Of a DNA stretch of 64,000 bases, positions 1-12,576 are shown piece by piece. The notes under the pieces are model-generated. The model made no database searches. It was given only the letters and a program-made list of their open reading frames with translations, and was not told where the DNA came from. This stretch comes from an uncultured Acidobacteriota bacterium (GTDB taxonomy: Bacteria; Acidobacteriota; Vicinamibacteria; Fen-336): assembly GCA_963720545.1 (NCBI GenBank), contig OY970399.1, forward strand, positions 3,104,001 to 3,168,000, written 5' to 3'. Position numbers and translations under genes: made by a program. Each line of letters begins with the position of its first letter. Position 1 is the stretch's first letter.

Positions 1-33
1 CCTTCCGCTTCTCCCGTTCCGGGCGGTCTCCTC

Positions 34-66
34 AAACTGGACCAAAAAGTACAGATTCGATACAAT
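34..66 (+). promoter_or_regulatory. sufB promoter (TGGACC-17-TACAAT) overlapped by an imperfect palindrome AAACTGGAC-N6-GTACAGATT, a putative Rrf2 operator
   Basis: TGGACC at 38-43, a 17-nt spacer, TACAAT at 61-66 and ATG at 73. The arms at 34-42 and 49-57 match 7/9 as an inverted repeat. Confidence 0.55.
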
Positions 67-72
67 GGAGCC

Positions 73-1517
<1,445 letters not shown>

Positions 1518-1525
1518 CAGGCGCC

Positions 1526-2286
<761 letters not shown>

Positions 2287-2290
<4 letters not shown>

Positions 2291-3513
2291 ACCTGCAGGA
2301 GCGCCGCGAGCGGGCCGCGGAACGGTTCCGCGCCAGGGGCTATCCGACGGTGCGCGACGAGGAGTGGCGCTACACCAACCCGGCGCCGCTCACGGGCGAC
2401 TGGGCGCGCGCCAGCACCGAGGCGCCGCGGGTTCCAGAAGATGCGCTCTGCGACGGCTTCGAGTCGAGCCTGCTGGTGTTCGTCAACGGCCGCTTCGACG
2501 CGGAACGCAGTTCCGTGGGCGCGGCCGACGGCGTGCGCATCTCCGGGCTGGCTGAGGCGGTCGATGCCGGGCGCGCCGATGAGTTGGGCACGCTCAGCCA
2601 TCCCGGCCACGCGTTCGCGTCGCTCAACCTCGCGAACGGCGAGGACGGGGCCGTCATCGAGGTGGCGCCGCGTGCGGTGCTGGCCCGGCCGATCCACATC
2701 GCCATGCTCGCGAGCGGCGACGAGGAGCGCAGCGCCAGCCACCCGCGCGTGTTCGTTTCGCTTGGCGCCGGCAGCCGCGCGGCCATCGTCGAATCGTATG
2801 GTGGCGCCGCGCGCAAGCTCTACTGGACGAACGCGGTGACCGAGATCGTGATCGGCGAGGGCGCCGCGATCGACTACACCAAGGTGCAGAACGAGTCGAC
2901 CCGCGCCTACCACACAGCCTCCATCACGGTGCGCCAGGGACGCGACTCGCGCTTCGCCGGCCGCATCATCCACGCGGGCGGCGCCCTCAGCCGCGACGAC
3001 ATCGCGATCAGCCTCGAGGGCGCGGGCGCCGCGTGCGACCTCGCCGGCATGTTCGCGCCGGCCGGCGACCAGCACCACGACACGCACAGCCGCATCGACC
3101 ACGTGGCCGCGCACTGCACGAGCGCCGAGTACTACAAGGGAGTGCTCGCCGACCAGGCGCGCGGCGTGTTCCACGGCCGCATCGTGGTGGGCGCGGGCGC
3201 GCAGAAGACCGACGCGCGGCAGTCGAACAAGAACCTGCTGCTGTCGCGCGGCGCGCTCGTCAACAGCACGCCGCAGCTCGAGATCCTGGCCGACGACGTG
3301 AAGTGCAAGCACGGTTCGACCACCGGGCAGATCGACCCCGCGGCGCTTTTCTACCTGCGCTCGCGCGGCATCGGCGAGGAGGCGGCGAAGCGGCTGCTGG
3401 TGCAGGCGTTCGCGGCGGAGATCGTCGGCCTGGTCCGCCCCGACGTGCGCCGCGCGGTCGCGTCGGTGCTGGCCTCGCGCACCGGCGCGCTGGTGGAGGA
3501 GGTGGTCGCGTGA
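2287..3513 (+). CDS. sufD: Fe-S cluster assembly protein SufD
   Basis: [46 protein letters not shown] and LFYLRSRGI. The GTG start overlaps the sufC stop. Confidence 0.93.
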
Positions 3514-4781
3514 GCGCCGCCCCCGTCAAGCCGGCGCCGAAGCCGGTGTCGCAGCCCGCCGCCTACGATGTCGCGCGCGTGCGCGCCGACTTTCCGATCC
3601 TCGGCGTGCAGGTCCACGGCAAGCCGCTCGTCTATCTCGACAACGCCGCCTCGGCGCAGAAGCCGTCGGCCGTGATCGAGGCGGAGAAGCGCGTCTACGA
3701 GCAGTATTACGCGAACGTGCACCGCGGCGTGCACACGCTTTCGCAGCGCGCCACCGACGCCTACGAAGCGACCCGCGGCAAGCTGCAGCGCTTCATCAAC
3801 GCCCGCGACAGCCGCGAGATCGTGCTGCTGCGCGGCACCACCGAAGCGATCAACCTGGTGGCGCAGACCTTCGGGCGCAGGAAGGTGAAGCACGGCGACG
3901 AGGTGCTGATCAGCGGGCTCGAGCACCATTCGAACATCGTGCCGTGGCAGATGCTTTGCGAAGAGAGCGGCGCGCGCCTGCGGGTCGCGCCGATCAACGA
4001 CCGCGGCGAGATCGTGCTGGAGGAGCTGGAGCGCCTGCTGCGCTTCCGCACCCGCATCGTCGCCGTCAACCACGTGTCGAACGCGCTCGGCACCGTCAAC
4101 CCGGTGAAGCGCATCGTCGAGATGGCGCACGCGCACGGCGCGGTGGTGCTGGTGGACGGCGCGCAGGCGGTGCCGCACATGCGCGTCGACGTGCGCGCGC
4201 TCGACTGCGACTTCTACGCCTTCTCCGCCCACAAGATGTACGGGCCGTCGGGAATGGGCGCGCTCTACGGCAAGGCGGAGCTGCTGAACGCGATGCCGCC
4301 GTGGCAGGGCGGCGGCGAGATGATCCTGTCGGTCACCTTCGGCAAGACCATCTACAACGAGATCCCGCACAAGTTCGAGGCCGGCACGCCGAACATCGCG
4401 TCCGGCATCGCCTGGGGCGCCGCTGTCGACTACCTCGATAACCTCGGCCTCGATGCGGTCGCCGCGCACGAACACGACCTGCTCGTCTACGGCACCGAAG
4501 CGCTGCAGGCCATCCCCGGCCTGACGCTGGTCGGCACCGCGCGCGACAAGGCCGGCGTGCTGTCCTTCGTCCTCGACGGCATCCATCCGCACGACATCGG
4601 CACCATCCTCGACTACGAGGGCATCGCGGTGCGCACCGGCCATCACTGCGCGCAGCCGGTGATGGACCGCTTCGGCGTGCCGGCGACGGCGCGCGCTTCC
4701 TTCGGCCTCTACAACACCCGCGAGGAAGTGGACGCGCTGGTGCGCGGCATCCACAAGGTCAAGGAAACCTTCGGGCGATGA
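3510..4781 (+). CDS. sufS: Cysteine desulfurase SufS
   Basis: YLDNAASAQKP, FSAHKMYGP (PLP Lys) and VRTGHHCAQP (catalytic Cys). The GTG overlaps the sufD stop. Confidence 0.95.
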   Translation: MSAAPVKPAPKPVSQPAAYDVARVRADFPILGVQVHGKPLVYLDNAASAQKPSAVIEAEKRVYEQYYANVHRGVHTLSQRATDAYEATRGKLQRFINARDSREIVLLRGTTEAINLVAQTFGRRKVKHGDEVLISGLEHHSNIVPWQMLCEESGARLRVAPINDRGEIVLEELERLLRFRTRIVAVNHVSNALGTVNPVKRIVEMAHAHGAVVLVDGAQAVPHMRVDVRALDCDFYAFSAHKMYGPSGMGALYGKAELLNAMPPWQGGGEMILSVTFGKTIYNEIPHKFEAGTPNIASGIAWGAAVDYLDNLGLDAVAAHEHDLLVYGTEALQAIPGLTLVGTARDKAGVLSFVLDGIHPHDIGTILDYEGIAVRTGHHCAQPVMDRFGVPATARASFGLYNTREEVDALVRGIHKVKETFGR

Positions 4782-5227
4782 GCGACCTGCGCGAGCTGTA
4801 CCAGGAAGTGATCCTCGACCACACGCGCAAGCCGCGCAACCTGCGCGCGATCGCCGACGCCGACCGCATTGCCGAGGGCTACAACCCGCTGTGCGGCGAC
4901 CGTGCGACGGTCTACCTGCGGATGGACGGCGACCTCATCAAGGACGCGAGCTTCGTGGGCCGCGGCTGCTCCATCTCCACCGCGTCGGCGTCGATGATGA
5001 CCGAGGTGCTCAAGGGCAGGACAACCGCGGAGGCCGAGCGCCTGTTCGGCAAGTTCCACACGCTCGTCACCGAAGGGCCGGGCGCCGCCGATGACCCGGA
5101 GCTCGGCAAGCTCGCGGTGTTCGCCGGCGTCAGCGAGTTTCCGGCGCGGGTGAAGTGCGCTTCGCTCGCGTGGCACACGATGAAGAACGCGCTGCACGGC
5201 GCAGCCGAGACGGTTTCGACGGAGTAA
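4778..5227 (+). CDS. sufU: SUF NifU-family scaffold/sulfur-transfer protein SufU
   Basis: LYQEVILDH, NPLCGD, GCSISTAS and RVKCASLAWH. Confidence 0.93.
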   Translation: MSDLRELYQEVILDHTRKPRNLRAIADADRIAEGYNPLCGDRATVYLRMDGDLIKDASFVGRGCSISTASASMMTEVLKGRTTAEAERLFGKFHTLVTEGPGAADDPELGKLAVFAGVSEFPARVKCASLAWHTMKNALHGAAETVSTE

Positions 5228-5235
5228 CGAAGATC

Positions 5236-5775
5236 ATGAGAGAAGCCAGGACGCTCGCGCGCGCGATCGAGGTGACCGCCATTCCCTACGGCGAGCGCAT
5301 CCCGATGCAGGCGGGCACCACGCTCTACATCACCCAGTCGCTCGGCGGTTCGTTCACCGCCGTCACCGACATGGGCTACATGGTGCGCATCGACGGCAAG
5401 GACGCGGACGCCATCGGCGAGCAACTGGCCGCCGGCCCGTCGGCCGCCGACCTCGAGAGCAAGCCGCTCGACGAGCTCGTCTGGGACCAGCTGAAGAGCT
5501 GCTACGACCCGGAGATCCCGGTCAACATCGTCGAGCTGGGCCTCGTCTATTCCTCGACCGTCACCCCGCTCGACGGCGGCGGCAACAAGGTCGCGGTCAC
5601 GTTTTCGCTGACGGCGCCCGGCTGCGGCATGGGCGACGTGCTGCGCACCGAGATCCAGTCGAAGATCCAGGCCCTGCCCGGCGTCGAGGAGACGGACGTG
5701 CAGATCGCGTTCGATCCGCCGTGGGACCAGAGCCGCATGTCCGACGCGGCGCGCCTGCAGCTGGGGCTCATGTGA
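5236..5775 (+). CDS. sufT: Fe-S assembly protein SufT (DUF59 domain)
   Basis: ITQSLGGSFT in the N-domain; YDPEIPVNIVELGLVY, LTAPGCGMG and FDPPW. Confidence 0.9.
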   Translation: MREARTLARAIEVTAIPYGERIPMQAGTTLYITQSLGGSFTAVTDMGYMVRIDGKDADAIGEQLAAGPSAADLESKPLDELVWDQLKSCYDPEIPVNIVELGLVYSSTVTPLDGGGNKVAVTFSLTAPGCGMGDVLRTEIQSKIQALPGVEETDVQIAFDPPWDQSRMSDAARLQLGLM

Positions 5776-6257
5776 AGCTCAGCAGCCAGGAGGAGTACGG
5801 TCTGCGCTGCCTGCTGCAGGTGGCGCGCCGTCCGGCGGGGCAGAGCATTGCGCTCAACGAGCTGAGCCAGCTCGAGGGCCTGAGTCTCGCCAACACCGCC
5901 AAGATCCTGCGCCTGCTGCGCCGCAAGGGCTTCGTGCAGAGCACCCGCGGCCAGGCCGGCGGTTACGCGCTCACCCGCCCGGCCGCGGAGATCGGCGTGG
6001 GCGCGGTGATGACTGCGCTCGGCGGCCGCATCTACGACGAACGTTTCTGCGACCAGCATTCCGGCGTCGCGGCGCAGTGCGCCCACAAGAGCGACTGCTC
6101 GATCCGTCCGGTGCTGCGCCGCCTGCAGGGCGCCCTCGACTCGGTCCTCGGCGCCATGACTCTGGCCGATCTCCTGTGCCCGGAGAGCAGCGTCCGCCTG
6201 CCGCACGAGGGTATGCGCGCGCTGCGCATCGCCCCGGCGGCGCCCGTCTCCGGCTAG
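5772..6257 (+). CDS. Rrf2-family transcriptional regulator with three Cys (likely Fe-S sensing)
   Basis: EEYGLRCLLQVA, STRGQAGGYAL and FCDQH..QCAHKSDCSIR. The GTG overlaps the sufT stop. Confidence 0.88.
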   Translation: MKLSSQEEYGLRCLLQVARRPAGQSIALNELSQLEGLSLANTAKILRLLRRKGFVQSTRGQAGGYALTRPAAEIGVGAVMTALGGRIYDERFCDQHSGVAAQCAHKSDCSIRPVLRRLQGALDSVLGAMTLADLLCPESSVRLPHEGMRALRIAPAAPVSG

Positions 6258-7165
6258 GCCTTCTTCTTCCGTTTGTAGGTGCCGTTGAAGGCCACCGTCC
6301 AGGTCTTGCCGCCGTCCGTCGATTGCTCGACGTACTGGCGCACCTGGTCTGGGCCTTCGCTCCAGAACGTCATGCGGCCGATGGCCGGCGGGCCACCCGG
6401 AGTGCCGGCGTTGTCGTTCAGATAGACCATCTTGCCGTCCTTGAACTCGCCTTCGTAGTGCGACACGCCGCCCTTGTTGTCCACCCAGAACTGCCGCCAC
6501 TTCTTCGCGGCAGTGTCGTAGACGTTCAGGCTTCGGCCAGCGTACGGGCCGTTCTCGTAGTACTCCGCGATGATGCAGCGGTCCTCGACGAGTTCGATGC
6601 GGCTGGTCGCCGGCACGGTCATCCCCGGCACCTGCACGTCCCACTCGCCGATCCAGAAGTCGAACTGCCGCGATTCCGGCTGGTACGCACACGGATGCAC
6701 GTTGCGGGCGATCCCTTCGGTCAGGGCCTGCCACTTCGCATCCTTGCGCAGGTTCGCGAATGCGGTTTCGGCGTCGAGGGTCGCCTGCAGCTGGAAGCCG
6801 CCGGCCACCGCCTGGTCGAGTGCCTTGAAGGCATCGTCCGTCCGGCCATTGGTGGCGTAGGCGCGCGCGCGATGGAAGGCCACCTGCACCGGCGGCGCAC
6901 CCTGAGTCTCGGCGACCTTCAGTTCCGCGAGGCCGGCGTCGACCTGGCCCGCACCGATCAGCGACGCGCCGTAGCGGACACGGAGCATCGTGTCGGCCGG
7001 CTCCGCCTTGGCCAGCGGCGCGAACGCCGCCGCTGCCGCCTGCCACTCGCGCGCCTGGTAGAGGGCCTCGGCGCGCTCGCGCGGTGTTGCCGTCGCAACC
7101 GCGTGCCCGGTCCCGGCGGCGAGGGCCAGCATGGCGAACACGGGCAGGGCGGTGCGAAAAACCAT
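6254..7165 (-). CDS. Secreted TPR-containing protein with a C-terminal beta-barrel-like domain (RQFDFWIGEWDV)
   Basis: GGAGGA RBS before the ATG at 7165, a signal peptide and TPR-like helices. Confidence 0.7.
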   Translation of the reverse strand: MVFRTALPVFAMLALAAGTGHAVATATPRERAEALYQAREWQAAAAAFAPLAKAEPADTMLRVRYGASLIGAGQVDAGLAELKVAETQGAPPVQVAFHRARAYATNGRTDDAFKALDQAVAGGFQLQATLDAETAFANLRKDAKWQALTEGIARNVHPCAYQPESRQFDFWIGEWDVQVPGMTVPATSRIELVEDRCIIAEYYENGPYAGRSLNVYDTAAKKWRQFWVDNKGGVSHYEGEFKDGKMVYLNDNAGTPGGPPAIGRMTFWSEGPDQVRQYVEQSTDGGKTWTVAFNGTYKRKKKA

Positions 7166-7229
7166 GGTCTTCCTCCATCGGCCCGCGGCTGCGGACCAGC
7201 TACTGACGATGGCGAGAGTCTCGCGCACG

Positions 7230-7293
7230 ATTGGACCATCGAGAAGATCCAATGTAGCGCAGTTCGAGGGTGCCATTTTTGGCGGTACCATTT
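7230..7293. promoter_or_regulatory. Putative MocR operator: inverted repeat ATTGGA-N12-TCCAAT plus direct repeat GGTGCCATTT/GGTACCATTT
   Basis: IR at 7230-7235/7248-7253 and DR at 7269-7278/7284-7293, between the divergent MocR and TPR genes. Confidence 0.5.
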
Positions 7294-7301
7294 GCTTGAA
7301 C

Positions 7302-8786
7302 ATGGCACGGCCTTCGCCGCCGCTTTTTTCCGCGCTGACGCTCGACCGCGGCCGCCCGCAGGCGTTGCACCGCCAGCTCTATGACGAACTGCGCGCCGCC
7401 ATCCTCGGCAAGCGCCTGCCGGCGGGCACGCGGCTGCCGGCGACGCGCACGCTGGCGCGCGAGCTGTCGGTCTCGCGCAACACCGTGCTGGAAGCGTACG
7501 AGCAGCTGCTCGCCGAGGGCTACCTGCGCGGCCGCGTCGGCGCGGGCACCTTCGTCGACCCGGCGATAGCGCCAGCGCGGCCTGTGGATGCGCTTGCGCA
7601 GCCCAAAGACGAAGACACGCCGGCACGCGTCTCGCGCCGATCACGCGACGCCGCGGCGGCGGTGAGCGGGCTCGACCCACGCCTGCCGCTGGCACCCGGC
7701 GTACCGTACTTCGACGGCTTTCCGCTCGCCGCCTGGGCGCGGCTGGCAGCGCGCCGCATGCGCGATGCCTCGCTGCGCCAGCTCAACTACGGGGAACCCG
7801 CGGGCGAGCCGCGGCTGCGCGCCGCCATCGCCGCGCACCTGGCTGCCGCGCGCGGCGTGCGCTGTGCCGCGGACCAGGTGGTGCTGGTCGCGGGTGCGCA
7901 GCAGGGGATCGACCTGGTGGCACGCCTGCTGCTCGATGCCGGCGAATCGGCGTGGCTCGAGGATCCCGGCTATCTCGGCGCGCGCGCCGTGTTTGCCGCG
8001 ACCGGCGTGCGGGTGGCGCCGGTGCCGGTTGACGACAACGGCCTGGTGGTCGCGGCCGGGGTGCGGCGCGCACCGCGCGCGCGCCTCGCGTACGTGACGC
8101 CGTCTCACCAGTTCCCGACCGGCACCACCATGTCGCTGCCGCGCCGCCTCGAGCTTCTCGCCTGGGCGAGAGGGGCGTCGGCCTACGTGATCGAGGACGA
8201 CTACGACAGCGAGTTTCGCTTCGGCGGCCGCTCGCTGCCCGCGCTGCAGGGCCTCGACACCGCCGGGCGCGTGATCTACCTCGGCACCTTCAGCAAGGTG
8301 CTGTTCCCGTCGCTGCGCTGCGCGTACCTCGTGATGCCGCGCAGCCTGCTCGGCGCCATGATCGGCCTGAAGGGCGCCCTCGACTCCGCGGCGCCGCTCA
8401 TCGACCATGCCGTGCTCGCCGACTTCATCGCGGCCGGCCACTTCAGCCGCCACATCCGGCGGGCGCGCGCGCACTATGCCCGGCGGCGCGAGGCGTTTCA
8501 TCGCGCCGTCGCCGAGCGGTTCGGCGATACCGTGCGGCTCGGTGCCGTGTCCGGCCTGCACACCGTGCTGTGGCTGCCGCGCGGGCTCGACGACCGCGAT
8601 GTCGCCGCGCGGCTGCGCGCCAGGGGAGTCGGCACGGCACCGCTCTCGGCATTCGCGCTCCGCCGCCGGCTGCCGCCCGGACTCGTGGTCGGCCAGGCGA
8701 ACGCGTCTCCCGCGCAGATGACGGTGGCGCTCGCGGCACTGGAATCGGTGCTGCAATCGGCGGCGCGCAAGGCGCGGCGCGCCTAG
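7302..8786 (+). CDS. MocR/PdxR-family regulator (GntR HTH + PLP aminotransferase domain)
   Basis: LPATRTLARELSVSRNTV, YVTPSHQFPTG, IEDDYDSEF and YLGTFSK. Confidence 0.93.
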   Translation: MARPSPPLFSALTLDRGRPQALHRQLYDELRAAILGKRLPAGTRLPATRTLARELSVSRNTVLEAYEQLLAEGYLRGRVGAGTFVDPAIAPARPVDALAQPKDEDTPARVSRRSRDAAAAVSGLDPRLPLAPGVPYFDGFPLAAWARLAARRMRDASLRQLNYGEPAGEPRLRAAIAAHLAAARGVRCAADQVVLVAGAQQGIDLVARLLLDAGESAWLEDPGYLGARAVFAATGVRVAPVPVDDNGLVVAAGVRRAPRARLAYVTPSHQFPTGTTMSLPRRLELLAWARGASAYVIEDDYDSEFRFGGRSLPALQGLDTAGRVIYLGTFSKVLFPSLRCAYLVMPRSLLGAMIGLKGALDSAAPLIDHAVLADFIAAGHFSRHIRRARAHYARRREAFHRAVAERFGDTVRLGAVSGLHTVLWLPRGLDDRDVAARLRARGVGTAPLSAFALRRRLPPGLVVGQANASPAQMTVALAALESVLQSAARKARRA

Positions 8787-8957
8787 AAAAAATGGCGACC
8801 GGCCCAGTGCTCAGGATCACCGAACCGGCCGCCGCACGATCAAGATGTTGTGTCGTAGTGTATGGGATGGACCGAGTCTCGTCAACGTTTGTTGCGCACC
8901 CCAGGTAATTCGCACAACGTCGGCGAAGGCCCGGGCATGATCAGGAGATTCCCTTAA

Positions 8958-10610
8958 ATGAATCGCCACGCCTGGTTGTTGAGACTGCCATTGGCCGTGT
9001 TCACGGCCCATGCACTGTTTGGTGTTGCCGCGGTGGCGCGCGCCCAAAGCCAGGCGCCGCCGGCAGTGATCGTCGACGGCCGCATCGGCGCCGATACGTG
9101 CCAGGACTACGATCCGGCGAGCCGCGCGTGCGGCAGCGGCACGGCGCGCGCCGTGCGGCGCCTTGCTGCACTTGGCGCGCTGCGCCCGGGCGATGTCGTC
9201 GCGCTGCGCGAAGGCGACTACGACGAGACGCTGCACGCGGCCTCGGGCGCCGCCGGCGCTCCGATCACGTACATGCGCTACGGCGACGAGCACCCACGCA
9301 TCCGCGGTGCCGAGCTCGACCCCGCGATCGACCTGTCGAACGTGCGATACGCGGTCATCGACGGCCTGGCGGTTGCCGACGTGGTCGGCTGGGTGCGAGC
9401 CGAGAACGCGCAGCATGTGGTGATTCGCAACAGCACCTTCCGCGGCGCCACCGCCTCGGGCAGCCGCGCCGGGCTCAAGTTCATCCACGCCAACGACAAC
9501 CGCATCCTCGACAACGTCATCGACGACGGCAACGACAACGTCCTGCTGATCGACTCGAACCGTAACCTGGTTGCGGGCAACCGCATCACCGGCGCCGGCC
9601 ACGCGCTGTGGACGATCCTCTGCGGGAGCAACAACGTCATCCGCGGCAACACGCTCGAAAACGAGTGGCAGAAGCTCGCGCAGGTGACCGACTGCGAAGG
9701 CGAGCCCTCCGACACCCCGACGAAGAACAAGAGCACGCGGCGCAACCTGGTCGAAGACAACGATTTCGGCGCGGTGCCCGACGCCGGCGGCCAGGCGCCC
9801 TATTCGCACATCCAGTACTCGGCGCAGCAGGGCATCGTGCGCCGCAACCGCTTCTTCGATTCGAAGGGCAGCGGGCTGCAGATGACGATCTACGACTACG
9901 AGGCGCGCTACAACACCGGCAACCGCGTCTACAACAACGTGTTCTACGCGATCGATACCGGCGCGATCGCGATCGACGCCGGCTCCGACTTCAAGGACAA
10001 CGTCTTCAAGAACAACATCCTTGCCGGCAGCCACTTCGTCGCCCATGACGGGCGCTTCGCCTGGTACCGCGACCTCGCCGGCAAGCCGGTGCAGGTGATG
10101 ACCGCGCGCCGTGACGGCTACCTGTTCGACAACAACGACATCTTTGGCGGCAAGCCCGGCGCGCCGTACGTCGTCGCCTACGGCGAGCGCGAGGGCGGCG
10201 ACGCCGGTGCCCGCACCATCGAAGCGTGGCAGCGCCGCGACGCGAAGCTCTTTGCCCGCAACCTCGAAGTCGATCCCGGCTTTGCCGCGGCGGAGCGCCG
10301 CGACTTTCATCTCCTCGCGGACAGCCCGCTGATCGACCGCGGTGCCTTCCTCACCAGCGCTGTCGCTGCCGGCAGCGGCACCACCCTGCAGGTCGCGGAT
10401 GCTTCCTGGTTCTACGACGGCTTCGCGATCGAGGGCGAGGAAGGCGACCGCATCCAGCTGGACGGCCAGGCGCAGACGGCGCGCATCGTGCGCATCGACC
10501 TGGCCGCGAACACCCTGGTGCTCGACAAGCCGCTCACGTGGACGGCGGGCCAGGGCGTGACGCTCGCGTACAACGGACGCGCGCCCGACATCGGAGCATA
10601 CGAGCACTAG
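8958..10610 (+). CDS. Secreted right-handed parallel beta-helix protein (polysaccharide lyase-like)
   Basis: AGGAG RBS, a signal peptide, Asn-ladder repeats (NRILDNVI, NLVAGNRI, NVIRGNTL) and a DFHLLADSPLIDRG...APDIGAYE terminus. Confidence 0.78.
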   Translation: MNRHAWLLRLPLAVFTAHALFGVAAVARAQSQAPPAVIVDGRIGADTCQDYDPASRACGSGTARAVRRLAALGALRPGDVVALREGDYDETLHAASGAAGAPITYMRYGDEHPRIRGAELDPAIDLSNVRYAVIDGLAVADVVGWVRAENAQHVVIRNSTFRGATASGSRAGLKFIHANDNRILDNVIDDGNDNVLLIDSNRNLVAGNRITGAGHALWTILCGSNNVIRGNTLENEWQKLAQVTDCEGEPSDTPTKNKSTRRNLVEDNDFGAVPDAGGQAPYSHIQYSAQQGIVRRNRFFDSKGSGLQMTIYDYEARYNTGNRVYNNVFYAIDTGAIAIDAGSDFKDNVFKNNILAGSHFVAHDGRFAWYRDLAGKPVQVMTARRDGYLFDNNDIFGGKPGAPYVVAYGEREGGDAGARTIEAWQRRDAKLFARNLEVDPGFAAAERRDFHLLADSPLIDRGAFLTSAVAAGSGTTLQVADASWFYDGFAIEGEEGDRIQLDGQAQTARIVRIDLAANTLVLDKPLTWTAGQGVTLAYNGRAPDIGAYEH

Positions 10611-10621
10611 AATCCCGCCCC

Positions 10622-11653
10622 ATGCGCGACCTGCGGCTGGCGTTCGTCGGCTTCGGCAACGCCGGCCGGCACTTCGGCGAGCGGCTGGCGGGAGACTACG
10701 GCCGCATCCTGCGCAGCCGCGGCGTGCGCCCGCGCATCGTCGGCATTGCCACCGGCCGCAACGGCATCGCCGTCGATCCGCGCGGCCTCGATCCGCGCCG
10801 CGTGCTGCGCGCGCTGGCTGAGCGCCGCGGCCTGCAGGCGCTGCACCGCGGCAAGCCGGTCGGCAACACCCTCGATTTCATCGCCCGCGTGCGCGCCGAC
10901 GTGCTGTTCGAAATATCGCCGCTCGATCCCACGGCCGGCCAACCGGCGATCGCGCACGTCCGCGCCGCCCTGCGCCGGCGCATGCATGTGGTGACGGCCA
11001 ACAAGGGTCCGGTGGCGTTCGCGCTGCGGCCGCTGCGGGCGCTGGCGCGGCGTGAAGGGCGCAGCTTCCGCTTCGAGGGCGCTGTGCTCGACGGCACGCC
11101 GCTCTTCAACATGGTCGAACGCACCCTCGCCGGCTGTCGCATCCTCGGCTTTCGCGGCGTGCTCAACAGCACCACCACGCGCATCCTCACCGCGATGGAA
11201 AAGGGGATCAGCGGCCTGGAAGCGCTGCGCCAGGCGCAGGCGGCCGGTGTCGTCGAGGCGAACCCGGCCTTCGACCTCGACGGCTGGGACGCCGCGGTCA
11301 AGGGCTGTGCCATCGCCAACGCGCTGATGGGCGCGCAGGTGACGCCGCGCGACGTACGCCGCACCGGGATCGGCGCGGTCACGGTGCAGGACGTCGGTGA
11401 AGCCACCGCCGCCGGTGCGCGCCTGCGCCTGGTGGTGCGTGGCCATCGCGAGGGCAAGCAGGTGCTGGTGAGCGTCGCGCCGGAACGCATCGTGGTGGGC
11501 GACCTGCTGGTCTCGCCCGGCTGCGACGGTGTCGTGGTGCTGCAGACCGACCTGATGCGCGAGGTCGGCATCTGGGAAGGCGCCGGCGGCGTCGACCAGA
11601 CCGCCTACGCACTCCTCTCCGACCTGCTGGCGATCGTGGACGGCGTCCGGTGA
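10622..11653 (+). CDS. hom: Homoserine dehydrogenase
   Basis: GFGNAG, VVTANKGPVA, FEGAVLDGTP, GVLNSTT and DLDGWDAAVK. Confidence 0.85.
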   Translation: MRDLRLAFVGFGNAGRHFGERLAGDYGRILRSRGVRPRIVGIATGRNGIAVDPRGLDPRRVLRALAERRGLQALHRGKPVGNTLDFIARVRADVLFEISPLDPTAGQPAIAHVRAALRRRMHVVTANKGPVAFALRPLRALARREGRSFRFEGAVLDGTPLFNMVERTLAGCRILGFRGVLNSTTTRILTAMEKGISGLEALRQAQAAGVVEANPAFDLDGWDAAVKGCAIANALMGAQVTPRDVRRTGIGAVTVQDVGEATAAGARLRLVVRGHREGKQVLVSVAPERIVVGDLLVSPGCDGVVVLQTDLMREVGIWEGAGGVDQTAYALLSDLLAIVDGVR

Positions 11654-12576
11654 GCGAAAGCCAGTCGGCGGTTTCCGCGGTCTTCGACGCGCTGCAGGAC
11701 GCGGTGTCGCACACCCGCGCGCAGCTCTTCCCGTTCCGGCTCAACCGCTGGCTGCCGCTCGGCGTTGTCGCGTTCCTCGACCAGTGCGGCCGGCAAGGCG
11801 GTCCGGCTTTCCCGAACTTAGGCAACAGCTACCGTCACAACACAGGCGCCGGGAGCCCCGTCGGCGTCGATATGGTCCGCGCCGGCGGATGGCTGGGCCA
11901 GCACGTCGTGCTGATCATGCTCATTGCCGCGGGCGTCTTCGCCGTGGCCGTGGCGGTCATCGCGCTTGCAACGTGGCTGCGCAGCCGCGGCACGTTCATG
12001 TACATCGACAACGCCGCCGGCGGCACCTGCGACATCGAGCGGCCGTGGCGCCAGCACCGCGAGATCGCCGGTTCGTGGTTCGCGTGGCAGCTCACCATCG
12101 GCCTCGCCAGTTTTGTCGGCGTGGTCGGCATGCTGATCCCGATCGGCATACTCGTCTACCGGTTCTTTCTCGTCCGCCAGCCGGCGATCCTGCTTGGCCT
12201 GATCGTGCCGTTCCTCGCGCTGCTGGCGATGAGCCTCGTCTACGGCGCGTTCGCCGTCGCCTCGCGCGATTTCGTGGCGCCGCTGCAGTTCCAGGCGGGT
12301 CGGTCCTTCGGCGCGGCTCTGCAGATCTTCTGGGGCCTGCTGTGCCGCGAGCCGCTGGCGTTCTTCATCTACCTGATCCTGAAAATGGTCTATGCGGTCG
12401 CCGCCGGGGTGCTGGCTTTCATCGCCTGCTGCCTCACCTGCTGCATCGCCGCACTCCCCGTGGTGAACCAGGCAGCGCTCCAGCCCGTCTACTACTGCGA
12501 ACGGTCCTGGTCGCTGTTCCTGCTGCGGCGCCTGGGCTACGACGTCTTTCCCCCTTCCGGAGGTTTGCGCACATGA
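11650..12576 (+). CDS. Polytopic membrane protein of unknown function
   Basis: Several hydrophobic helices, a Cys cluster ACCLTCCIA and GTGA coupling to the previous gene. Confidence 0.7.
   Translation: MSESQSAVSAVFDALQDAVSHTRAQLFPFRLNRWLPLGVVAFLDQCGRQGGPAFPNLGNSYRHNTGAGSPVGVDMVRAGGWLGQHVVLIMLIAAGVFAVAVAVIALATWLRSRGTFMYIDNAAGGTCDIERPWRQHREIAGSWFAWQLTIGLASFVGVVGMLIPIGILVYRFFLVRQPAILLGLIVPFLALLAMSLVYGAFAVASRDFVAPLQFQAGRSFGAALQIFWGLLCREPLAFFIYLILKMVYAVAAGVLAFIACCLTCCIAALPVVNQAALQPVYYCERSWSLFLLRRLGYDVFPPSGGLRT

Noticed and set aside
8787..8957. Possible riboswitch in the leader of the beta-helix gene
   Set aside because: Only an imperfect hairpin is visible and I recognise no riboswitch consensus. 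An Rfam scan would be needed.
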